64,000 bases of DNA from contig MTMF02000009.1 in assembly GCA_002011125.2 (NCBI GenBank), forward strand, positions 1,000,989-1,064,988, written 5' to 3'. Below are positions 55,923 through 64,000 of the stretch, one piece after another. A program made the position numbers and the translations under genes. Position 1 is the stretch's first letter. Each line of letters begins with the position of its first letter. The stretch comes from Candidatus Hydrothermarchaeum profundi (lineage in GTDB: Archaea; Hydrothermarchaeota; Hydrothermarchaeia; Hydrothermarchaeales; Hydrothermarchaeaceae). Below the pieces are notes generated by a model. That model was not told where the DNA came from and searched no databases. It worked only from the letters and a program-made list of their open reading frames with translations.

Positions 55923-56826
55923 GCTTTTTTAAAATGTTATCTAAAGCTGTTAGAATTTCCTCATAGCCATCTCCCCAATGCACGGTATATCCTAGGTGGC
56001 CATTAATCATTAGGGGACCGGTTTTATTTTTCAAACAACATCTCGTTATAAAGTATCCATCCACTTTATGCTTTCTAGGGCAGATATTATAAAATATAAA
56101 TCTCTTGCCAGGGAAGTTCTCGCTGAATACTTCTTTGGATACTTTGCATCCTATTAGAACTATTTTATCATTCTTTACGTCAAATTTTTTATCTAGGAAA
56201 ACAACTTTTGAACCATTAAGTACTTCCGGTATTCCTGAAGCCGAGCAAGGGAGTACAAGAAGAGAAGGTCTAAATTTTTTAGTTAATTCTCTAGCAATTT
56301 TTAAAATATTTATTCTTTTAAATTTAAACGATACCGGTATATCAAGTTGTGTTTTTCGGATGGTCTTTAAACTTTCCAGTAGTCTTGAAGGGTAGGGAGG
56401 GACAACATCTATAACATTAATAGTAGGAACTTTTTCAGGGACTATAGCAAAGTTCACATGATCATATTTCCCGAAAAAAACGACCCCCTTTACTCTCTTT
56501 CTCCTAGCTATCTCATGGGCAACTGTAAGGATTTCTGAATTACTAAGCGGATTTATTTTACTGCGAATAATCGCAGTATCCTCTGCCTTTGAGAGAACTT
56601 CTATTCCTTCAACTTTTCTCATAAAGGAAAAATTATCATTCGTTTTATCCAAAGGCTCCTCTTTTCTAACTCTAATGATTGTTGCATTGTCCGTCTTTTT
56701 ATTATAAAGAACAAGATATTCTGAAGAGAAATATACTTTCTTGTTTCTTGCTATCTCTCGGATTTCACGTTCATCATTTAGGTCTTTTTCAACTTCAACT
56801 AGCCCTACCATTTTGCAATGGTGCAT
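55915..56826 (-). CDS. Hypothetical protein with scattered Cys/His motifs
   Basis: Long ORF 2 bp downstream of the radical SAM gene. Motifs HCKMVG, HVNF, LPCSASG, IGC, ICP, RCC and VHWG. Confidence 0.7.
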   Translation of the reverse strand: MHHCKMVGLVEVEKDLNDEREIREIARNKKVYFSSEYLVLYNKKTDNATIIRVRKEEPLDKTNDNFSFMRKVEGIEVLSKAEDTAIIRSKINPLSNSEILTVAHEIARRKRVKGVVFFGKYDHVNFAIVPEKVPTINVIDVVPPYPSRLLESLKTIRKTQLDIPVSFKFKRINILKIARELTKKFRPSLLVLPCSASGIPEVLNGSKVVFLDKKFDVKNDKIVLIGCKVSKEVFSENFPGKRFIFYNICPRKHKVDGYFITRCCLKNKTGPLMINGHLGYTVHWGDGYEEILTALDNILKKLT

Positions 56827-56828
56827 AA

Positions 56829-57794
56829 TTAAACCTCTGTTGGAGATAATTGACAGGCAGAACAGAGCCCGCACATAGTCTTTCCAGTATATATGAGCCC
56901 GTAATTATTGAGTATCTCCTTCTGACTTCTAGAAAGAAATAATATTCTAGCTGCATTTGGTCTTTCTGCTTTTCCCATTGTTGCTTCTATTAATGGAGCA
57001 CTATTTCTCGGCATTGTAAGAGGTCTTAGATGCGCTATAACCCCTATAGACGTCAGTTCTTCCAGCCCTCTTATTACGGTAGAATCACTTTCTCCTAACC
57101 CTATTATCACATTGGAGAATACTTTACCCTCACCGAACGTATTTACTGCTTCTTTGAGATGGTGAAGAATATACTCTAAGGACTTATTTGGGCAGACTTT
57201 TCTCAGGATTTTATGATCGAAACTCTCAATATTATATTTTATCTCATCTACCCCTGCTTGGAATAGTTTTTCTGAGGCACCTTCAGCAGGGTAAATTGAA
57301 ACTCCAATTGGACAATTGAATTCCTCTCTTAACTCTTTAACGATATTCACCATTTTTTCTAACTCTAGTGAGGGGGTTAGGGGTATTCCGGAGGTTAAGG
57401 AAATAGCCTTTAGCATGGGATCAACAGCAGCATTCCTAACAATTTTAATGACATCCCGATTATCTCTTTTTGCCTTTAACTCGCAGAATTTACAGCCATA
57501 GTTACAGGAAGTACTAACCATTATGTAGGCCTGTTCTGGGCAGTGAGATAACGGCTTCTCAAGCCTGCACTCCAAAGTTCTATCACCTAAGAAAATCCGA
57601 TTTTTTCCATTTTCGTTCTTGATTTTTAATTGTGAATCTTTAGATAGTATCAGTCTGATTCTCTGTTTGCCCACTCTCGCGAATAGGGATGGAGCACCAG
57701 CACCTGGGCCTCCTGAACTTATAGAAAGCATTTTTGATGGTATTCCCTCAGCATGTATTTCCCCAATAGCTAGGAGTTCTGCCTTAGATATCAT
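56829..57794 (-). CDS. Radical SAM protein (biotin synthase-like fold)
   Basis: HCPEQAY..VSTSCNYGCKFC, KYNIES, SNVIIGLGE and the C-terminal TMCGLCSAC. Confidence 0.85.
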   Translation of the reverse strand: MISKAELLAIGEIHAEGIPSKMLSISSGGPGAGAPSLFARVGKQRIRLILSKDSQLKIKNENGKNRIFLGDRTLECRLEKPLSHCPEQAYIMVSTSCNYGCKFCELKAKRDNRDVIKIVRNAAVDPMLKAISLTSGIPLTPSLELEKMVNIVKELREEFNCPIGVSIYPAEGASEKLFQAGVDEIKYNIESFDHKILRKVCPNKSLEYILHHLKEAVNTFGEGKVFSNVIIGLGESDSTVIRGLEELTSIGVIAHLRPLTMPRNSAPLIEATMGKAERPNAARILFLSRSQKEILNNYGLIYTGKTMCGLCSACQLSPTEV

Positions 57795-58681
57795 AGTTCT
57801 ACTCCTTCATCTGGATCATTATAAAATGCTATTGCCGCAGCAGAACCTATAAGTCCCCTTTCTCCGGTTATAGGATATAATTTTATATTACATTTTTCTG
57901 AGATATCGTAAACAGAATTTAAATTTACTAATCTCCTTTTTACAAGCTTCCCGTAATCTCTTATTTCTTTTTTTAACTCAAAATCATTTAAAACAGCCAT
58001 CCCCGTGTTTTCTGAAAGAGTATTTTTTTCGAGCATAAGCTCAAACTTTTTAATTAAACCATCCACATCATTTGTAGCAAATTCAACAGCAGTACTAGCA
58101 CAGTTCTGTGTTTTATAGGGATTTTTGGAATAAAGTTGAACTATGGAGTGATAAAGATAGCTTCCAATACCCTCTTTCTCTATCATTGAAGCTATATTGT
58201 GTGTAAGAGACCATGTTGCACCTTTATTCTGATTGTCTGTGTCATCCACACCTACAACAACTCTCTCTTTTCTCGGTAAAACAAGTTTAGCTCTTACAAG
58301 GCTACTTCCTCCAGGTTCTCCAATCATCTCAGCACTAATGACTCCTTTAGCTTTCTCTCTCGCCGCTATACCAACGCTGCTTCCCCCTAATCCACAATAA
58401 CCTATTTCAACGATTTTATCTTCGATAGATACACTTTCTATGCCAAAGGGTGAAATGCTGGGTTGGAGATTAACCGGTTTTTCACCGACTCTTAGCCTGA
58501 ATCTGTTTTGGGTACCCTCCCTCCTAGCATCTATAATTAAAGGAGAAGTCCTTTTAAGATGATATACTATCCATGCTGAACCCCCCTGTGTTGGTGACTC
58601 TTCGATTAAGTCGACAAATTTTGCAGTTTTATCGACTATCGCATCTATTCTGCTATAGGATACCGACCATTTATGATCCAT
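57791..58681 (-). CDS. Methanogenesis marker protein 11 (TiaS-like FLD domain)
   Basis: GLGGSSVG, VVVGVDDTD...GATWSL, HSIVQLY..NPYKTQNC and ITGERGLIGS. Confidence 0.75.
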   Translation of the reverse strand: MDHKWSVSYSRIDAIVDKTAKFVDLIEESPTQGGSAWIVYHLKRTSPLIIDARREGTQNRFRLRVGEKPVNLQPSISPFGIESVSIEDKIVEIGYCGLGGSSVGIAAREKAKGVISAEMIGEPGGSSLVRAKLVLPRKERVVVGVDDTDNQNKGATWSLTHNIASMIEKEGIGSYLYHSIVQLYSKNPYKTQNCASTAVEFATNDVDGLIKKFELMLEKNTLSENTGMAVLNDFELKKEIRDYGKLVKRRLVNLNSVYDISEKCNIKLYPITGERGLIGSAAAIAFYNDPDEGVEL

Positions 58682-58696
58682 ATAAATTATCCAATA

Positions 58697-60058
58697 TTAT
58701 ATGTCCAATCCCATATTCGCGATATCTGATTTAACCTCGCTCCAGATCTGTAGATAGTCTGATGAAGGCGATATCTCTTTAGGCGAGTAGCATTCTGTAA
58801 AACTTTTTCCCTCAGGTATCCTACCTTCCAGAAGATTGTCTTCATAACGATTTATAAGTTCATTTAACACATCGTTAGCTTCTTTAATATCTATCTTTGC
58901 AGCAACTTCGCTCACTTCCTTAGCAACTCTAGCTTCCATTCCAGTATAATAATCTGTTTTTGCCCCTTTTGTTGCACCAGAGCTGAATATCATGTCTGCT
59001 CCGCATAACGTATCAACAATAGTTTGGGCAGCGATTTCATAACATAACATATCAGTACAAGGTTCTCCTCCGGCCCAGATCCAATTGTCAACAATAATAT
59101 CGAATCTTTTTTTAACAGCTAGTAGGCTAGAAGCTAGTACCCATAATGTGCCCTTCTCCGTACTTGTAGAGGTTCTTATGCTTGAGGGGGATGTGCCTGA
59201 TGTTGTAGCTCCTAACAGATAGTCAAGTATTATTTCCGCTGTGCTTACTATCGCAGTTTCCTCTGGTCCTCCTATATACCCCACCATGGGGCACTGGCTG
59301 GCTTCTAATATAAGTTTATTATGTTTTATGTAATATAGTCTGTTTAATAGATTTATATCTATTTTTAGCTCGTTTAGAGGCGCTAGATTGAACATGTCAG
59401 TTTCTCTCATCCCCCCCGGCGAGTAGCCCGAATTTAGAGATACTGCCGAAGTTCCAGACATAGGGCCTACGATACATAAACCCGGTTTCTGTGCTTTCTT
59501 TATAGCTTCTCTGATCAACCTAACTTCATGTAATACGGCTCCCACTTCTATAGGAGTCCCTTTCTTTATGCTAAGATTGTGGTAGGTTGTAAGGCATCCT
59601 CCTATAATCCCATCTATTTCTTCTTTTGCGTAGCTATATAGAACATCTCGATATATATTCTCTGAAACAGGGCAACCACATACTCCGCCAACAATTAGGG
59701 GAGCTTTTTTCTCTCCTATTTTTCTGGCAGTGATGTCTCTAAGCTCTTCCCCACTGCCGATCGATACAGTTGAAGATGCGTCTTTTAATGCAGTATGAAT
59801 CTCTTTTTCATTGAATGTTACTCGAGTAGAGGTTATCCCAGAATACTGTAAACCCACTTCGCATAGCAAGTCTACAGCAGCATCGAAAAGATTTTTAGTC
59901 AAGTTTTCATCTGTAGGTATTATCTCTGAAGGAGTATATTGAATCTCGTATTCATTTTTCAGTTCGGCTGCTTTTTTTAGTAAAATCATATCAAAGTCTG
60001 TCTCTGAAATTTGTTCTCCTCCTTCACATCTATTCCAGAGTTCAATAGCACTCTCCAT
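58697..60058 (-). CDS. mtmB: Monomethylamine:corrinoid methyltransferase MtmB homologue, no pyrrolysine
   Basis: LNELKID, GGPEETAIV, EPCTDMLCYE.AAQ.I.DT, KG..TDYYTGMEAR and PEGKSFTECY. There is no in-frame TAG. Confidence 0.85.
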   Translation of the reverse strand: MESAIELWNRCEGGEQISETDFDMILLKKAAELKNEYEIQYTPSEIIPTDENLTKNLFDAAVDLLCEVGLQYSGITSTRVTFNEKEIHTALKDASSTVSIGSGEELRDITARKIGEKKAPLIVGGVCGCPVSENIYRDVLYSYAKEEIDGIIGGCLTTYHNLSIKKGTPIEVGAVLHEVRLIREAIKKAQKPGLCIVGPMSGTSAVSLNSGYSPGGMRETDMFNLAPLNELKIDINLLNRLYYIKHNKLILEASQCPMVGYIGGPEETAIVSTAEIILDYLLGATTSGTSPSSIRTSTSTEKGTLWVLASSLLAVKKRFDIIVDNWIWAGGEPCTDMLCYEIAAQTIVDTLCGADMIFSSGATKGAKTDYYTGMEARVAKEVSEVAAKIDIKEANDVLNELINRYEDNLLEGRIPEGKSFTECYSPKEISPSSDYLQIWSEVKSDIANMGLDI

Positions 60059-60179
60059 GATCGTACCTCCTATTCTTTTTTATGTGTAGAAGATATATAG
60101 TTCTATTTATTTAGAAGTTACGAAAAGAAGGAGAGGGCATGTTTAAATCCTTAGAGAAATACTCAATGCTAGACTATTA

Positions 60180-60779
60180 TTAATGTGTTGCGTGGTCGAC
60201 ATCTTCAGGGGCTGCTGGGATGTAGATAGCTCCTTCCTTATCTCCTATAATCTGACATAGTCCTTTATCAGTTAGATAGGCGGTGTAGGCTGATATGACT
60301 GCGTCGAGTTCATGATGGTTAGATTTATCCAAAAACCCGTTTGGGTCACTTATAACTCTACTTATTTCTCGTATCAGTATCTTTCTTCCTCCAGAACTTT
60401 TCTTATTTATTTTAGTAGCTATACCTAACCTTCTTCTAGTTGCGTAGGGATATACCTCGATGCATTTTATACCTCGTTTTGTGAGTTCCTTTAAGATATA
60501 AATACCTGTTTTGGTGAGTTTAGAAAAATTTTTAGCTCCTGGAGGAAGACAGGGTATGCCCATCTTAAGAAGTAGCTTATCGCATTTTCTCCAAGGGCCA
60601 TTAATAGGTGATGTTAGTGGTGCATCAATCCCTACGAGAACACACGAATACTCAATTGTTTTTCTAATTACCTCTTTTAAACTTAAAATGTCCAAATATA
60701 ATAGTTCTTTTTCTTCATTTATAAGCGCGAATCCAGATTTTTTCGTAGAAAGATCGATTCCTCCGTAGTTCCTTATCAT
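60180..60779 (-). CDS. DUF429 family (RNase H-like predicted nuclease)
   Basis: GGIDLS, VGIDAPL, RKCD, IEVYPYAT and HELDAVISAY. Confidence 0.82.
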   Translation of the reverse strand: MIRNYGGIDLSTKKSGFALINEEKELLYLDILSLKEVIRKTIEYSCVLVGIDAPLTSPINGPWRKCDKLLLKMGIPCLPPGAKNFSKLTKTGIYILKELTKRGIKCIEVYPYATRRRLGIATKINKKSSGGRKILIREISRVISDPNGFLDKSNHHELDAVISAYTAYLTDKGLCQIIGDKEGAIYIPAAPEDVDHATH

Positions 60780-60887
60780 ACACTTACTTTATACTTTATT
60801 AAATGAAATACATTGAGCTTCTAACTACCGCAAGGAACATCTAAAATATATCTGTGAGATATTTCATTAAGGAATTTTCACATTACT

Positions 60888-61523
60888 TTAACCTAATTGC
60901 TCAACAATACCTACGCTTATCAGAGCTTTAACAGGCTTATCTCCCACGGTTGTTATGCCCTTTTTGTCTATCATTATAACTGCGGCTAACGGGTTAGCAC
61001 CCTGTTCTTCTAAAAAATTTATAGTATCTTTTATTGTACTGCCGGTAGTAGCGATGTCGTCAACTATTATAACATTCTTTCCTTTTACGTCTGCGAAGTT
61101 TGATAGTAGAAATCCGGATTGGTTCTTCTCTTTTTCCCTTTCCGGCTCCCATAGATGTTTTTTTGGCCTAATTACGGCTAAGGATGCGCCCATTTGTTCA
61201 GCAATTGTAGTCGCAATAGGTACTCCGCTAACAGCTATACCTGCGATGACATCCGGATTAGGAAGATTATGTTCTTTTATAATACTCTTAATCAGCTCAA
61301 CTAAAGCACATGAAAGATTCTTTAAAATTAATGGATTAGAACCAACATTGCTCCAATCAATATAAATGTCCTTAGGAGCTTTCTTCTTTTCTTCGGCTTC
61401 ATGAGTAACTAGCCAAAGGGCAGTTTCTCTAGAGATATTTAGTTCATCTGCGATTTCTCCGGTAGTAAATCCCTTCTCTTTCAGTTCATGTGCTTTTTTC
61501 ATTAGGTCAGCGATATTTCTCAT
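60888..61523 (-). CDS. gfcR: PyrE-like protein with N-terminal HTH (transcription regulator GfcR family)
   Basis: GFTTGEIADELNISRETALWL, PKDIYIDWS, SNFADV and IVDDIATTG. Confidence 0.8.
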   Translation of the reverse strand: MRNIADLMKKAHELKEKGFTTGEIADELNISRETALWLVTHEAEEKKKAPKDIYIDWSNVGSNPLILKNLSCALVELIKSIIKEHNLPNPDVIAGIAVSGVPIATTIAEQMGASLAVIRPKKHLWEPEREKEKNQSGFLLSNFADVKGKNVIIVDDIATTGSTIKDTINFLEEQGANPLAAVIMIDKKGITTVGDKPVKALISVGIVEQLG

Positions 61524-61527
61524 AAGC

Positions 61528-62019
61528 TCACCCCCTTACAATCTTTAGCTCTGAACCACAAACATCGCATCTCCCTTTATAGCTTGCTGGGAATTTTTTG
61601 CCGCAGCCTTTACATATAGTTTTCCATCTAAAGACTTTTTTTATTCCCATCTCGGTTATTGGTTTGAACTCTATGTCCATAATAGATGCCATGTTCTGTA
61701 TGTCGTAATCGTCAGTAATTATAGTGACCTTCCTTCCTAGCCTCAGTAAATGCCGTGCTAATGCTAGTACTTTAATATCAGTTTTTGATAGAAGAGCGAT
61801 ATCCCCTGAGTTCAATGCTACTCTCTTAACTTCTTCACAACATTCTTTGGAGGGTTTTAATATCTTTAGACTTCCTTCTCGTATGCTTACATCCACTCTC
61901 AATTTAGTGTTCCTATTCTTAATTTCCTTTAAAACCTCTTTCACAGTAAAGCATTCTTCTTGATAAGGTCTGACTCCCCCAATCAAGGCAGAAGAATCAA
62001 GTATTAGAGCCTTCTTCAT
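61528..62019 (-). CDS. nob1: Endoribonuclease Nob1 (PIN plus zinc ribbon)
   Basis: LDSSA, LSKTDIKVLALA, TDDYDIQN and CKGC...CDVCG. Confidence 0.88.
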   Translation of the reverse strand: MKKALILDSSALIGGVRPYQEECFTVKEVLKEIKNRNTKLRVDVSIREGSLKILKPSKECCEEVKRVALNSGDIALLSKTDIKVLALARHLLRLGRKVTIITDDYDIQNMASIMDIEFKPITEMGIKKVFRWKTICKGCGKKFPASYKGRCDVCGSELKIVRG

Positions 62020-62210
62020 TATTCTTCCTTCTTAAATATTAAACCCGAATAGTAAAGTACTAAGAATGGAAAAAGGAGGAAAAATCCTACGATGCCAAAT
62101 ACTACTATTGGGGTACTCTCTGTCCTCCATCCTTGAATTATGAAGAAAAGAGGAACAACGCCTGTGATTATAATGATTATAATTTCATAACCTTTCTCTA
62201 ATCTTCTCAT
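62019..62210 (-). CDS. Small 2-TM hypothetical protein
   Basis: Hydrophobic ORF between nadK and nob1, overlapping both in the same orientation. Confidence 0.5.
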   Translation of the reverse strand: MRRLEKGYEIIIIIITGVVPLFFIIQGWRTESTPIVVFGIVGFFLLFPFLVLYYSGLIFKKEE

Positions 62211-63009
62211 AGAAGTCTCCCCCTATTTTAACAAAATAGGCTTTACTTCCTGACAATGTTAATTTAGCTTCTCCTCCAGGAGGAAGTTTTCCAGCAAGTT
62301 CTCCATCAACAACTACCAGAGCCTCTTTTTTTGGCATAAGAGCCCTTACCTCTATTGTTGAATTCCTTGGAACTACCAACGAACGTATTCTAGATCTAAA
62401 AGGAGCAATAGGCGTAATCACGAAAGCACTGACTCTAGGATCTACGATAGGGCCGCCAGCAGACATAGAGTACGCAGTTGAACCGGTAGGCGTTGAGATG
62501 ATTACTCCATCCGACTTAATGTCATCTACTACCTGATCATTTACGGTTATTCTAAAATAAAGCATTTTAACTGGCAACGAAGTCATTATTACAACTTCGT
62601 TTAAGGCATCCCCCACCTTTTTATTGTTTACTTTAACACTTAATTTATCTTTTTTTTCTATAATAAAATTTCCTTCAAGGATTTTCTCCAGCGAACCTTT
62701 CCAATACTTGGGTGTTATTTCTGTTAAAAAACCCATAGTGCCGAAATTTATCCCAAATACAGGTATTTTCTTTCCCTTGATCAATGAAACAGTTTTTAGA
62801 ATGGTTCCATCCCCTCCAAGGGTGATAATAATATCAACATCCATGTCTTCAATCTTTCTAGATTCATGTTGTAGATCCATTTTCCCTGCGCTCCAGTCGT
62901 CAACGTATACCTCTATTCCCCTAGATGTCAGAAATTTGTATATTTCCCTGCCTAATGCTATCGAATCATTCAGGCTTTTCACTACTAATCCTATTTTTTT
63001 GATTATCAT
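62185..63009 (-). CDS. nadK: NAD kinase
   Basis: GGDGT, GFLTE, ALNEV and DGVIISTPTGSTAYSMSAGGP. Confidence 0.95.
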   Translation of the reverse strand: MIIKKIGLVVKSLNDSIALGREIYKFLTSRGIEVYVDDWSAGKMDLQHESRKIEDMDVDIIITLGGDGTILKTVSLIKGKKIPVFGINFGTMGFLTEITPKYWKGSLEKILEGNFIIEKKDKLSVKVNNKKVGDALNEVVIMTSLPVKMLYFRITVNDQVVDDIKSDGVIISTPTGSTAYSMSAGGPIVDPRVSAFVITPIAPFRSRIRSLVVPRNSTIEVRALMPKKEALVVVDGELAGKLPPGGEAKLTLSGSKAYFVKIGGDFYEKIRERL

Positions 63010-63797
63010 TTCTTCAATAACCCCATAGTCTGTTCATATATCCTATTATTTGCCGCAGCTATAATTGAAATCCACTCCATCTTTAATATAGTGGTATTCA
63101 AAGGTGAACCGGATTCATTGCCAGTTATTCCCCCTGCTTCTTCTACTATAAGTTTACCTGCCGCGATATCAGTTACTCTCAGCTTTTTTCTTAAATCGAT
63201 GAAGGCATGATAGCTCCCTTTAGCTAGGTAGCATAGTTCTAATGAAACACATCCGAGGTTTCTTATTCTTTTCGGCTTCTCTAGTAACTTGTCAATCCCT
63301 TTAATACCGTGCTCAACATATAATCCTATTGTACTATCTTCTAGGTATTCTATAGAGGATGTGTTTATCTTTTTTCCATTCAACTTTGCTCCTTTACCTT
63401 TTGTAGCCTCAAAAGTATCACCAGTGATAATATTCTTCACTAGACCATATTCAATATCGCTGAGAGTAGCGTTATTCTTATAAGGCGCTAATGCTATGGA
63501 GACAGAAGCGAGAGGAATGCCGCAGATAGCGTTAAATGACCCATCAATAGGGTCTAAAAGGCATATATATTCTGGCCGATCTCCTAGCCTTATTCTTCCA
63601 GCTTCTTCTGATAAAATCTCAACGGGTACTCCTTCATTTTTAAGGAAATTAATAGCTGTATCTTCAGCTACCTTGTCGATTTTCCTTGTATACTGTCCTC
63701 CAGCACCTTTTTTTATTATCTCATTGGCGTTTTGTGTCCCGATCAAATATTGGACAGAGCTGCTGACAATCTCAGCCATTTTATAAATATCAATCAT
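63006..63797 (-). CDS. Inositol monophosphatase / FBPase family phosphatase
   Basis: IDKVAE, LSEEAG, LDPIDGSFN, RNLGC and DIAAG. Confidence 0.9.
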   Translation of the reverse strand: MIDIYKMAEIVSSSVQYLIGTQNANEIIKKGAGGQYTRKIDKVAEDTAINFLKNEGVPVEILSEEAGRIRLGDRPEYICLLDPIDGSFNAICGIPLASVSIALAPYKNNATLSDIEYGLVKNIITGDTFEATKGKGAKLNGKKINTSSIEYLEDSTIGLYVEHGIKGIDKLLEKPKRIRNLGCVSLELCYLAKGSYHAFIDLRKKLRVTDIAAGKLIVEEAGGITGNESGSPLNTTILKMEWISIIAAANNRIYEQTMGLLKK

Positions 63798-63878
63798 ACT
63801 ATTTCACTTCAAAGAACTTTAAATACTGACAAACTATTTATATACCTCATCTTTTGGTATAAATAGTGGAGGTAAAAC

Positions 63879-64000
63879 ATGGCTACAAGAGTAATTGAAG
63901 TCAAGGAATGCAAAGTAGGAAAATATGTAATTATAGATGGAGAGCCATGCAAGATAATAAGCGTTCAAACAGCTAAGACTGGAAAACATGGGCATGCCAA
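63879..64000 (+). CDS. eif5a: Translation factor aIF5A, 3'-truncated by the window end
   Basis: Manual translation: [40 protein letters not shown] (hypusine-site GKHG). SD GGAGGT upstream. Confidence 0.93.
   Translation, partial: MATRVIEVKECKVGKYVIIDGEPCKIISVQTAKTGKHGHA

Noticed and set aside
58697-60058. Pyrrolysine (amber) readthrough in mtmB
   Set aside because: The ORF is uninterrupted and the Pyl-equivalent codon is GTA.

Overview
A gene-dense, AT-rich archaeal chromosomal segment. It carries class I LysRS, aRF1, aIF5A, L40e, GGGP synthase, Tsr3, Nob1, NurA/HerA/Mre11/Rad50 and tRNA-Cys. The mix of F420-related, methanogen-marker (MtxX, Mmp11), MtmB-like, AprAB/Sat and CcmF genes fits an anaerobic euryarchaeote such as Hydrothermarchaeota; this assignment is inference only. 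I saw no CRISPR array, transposase or integrase. Four regions stand out. (1) At 14.6-21.0 kb, a six-gene sulfur-oxyanion operon (aprA-aprB-sat-dsrLP1-dsrLP2-frhB-like) looks like an unfused, F420-linked sulfate-to-sulfide pathway. Its Sat is atypical (QTRN changed to QTAN, plus an unexplained ~200-aa C-terminal domain) and palindromic operator-like sites lie upstream. (2) At 21.5-31.8 kb, a cytochrome c maturation/thiol-redox cluster contains CcmF with an inserted NrfJ-like domain, three CcdA-like proteins, two thioredoxins, DsbA and three DUF1573 proteins. It also has an inverted paralogous module, a shared tandem promoter motif and a perfect 209-bp repeat containing 63 consecutive codons without an A-ending codon. 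(3) At 55.9-60.1 kb, an apparent operon encodes a pyrrolysine-free MtmB homologue, Mmp11, a radical SAM enzyme and an unknown Cys-containing protein. (4) At 2.7-14.1 kb, the DNA end-resection genes are split by an oppositely oriented block with an ATP-dependent ligase, a two-component system and a dCMP deaminase/kinase pair. All family calls come from recognising motifs by eye, not from database searches.
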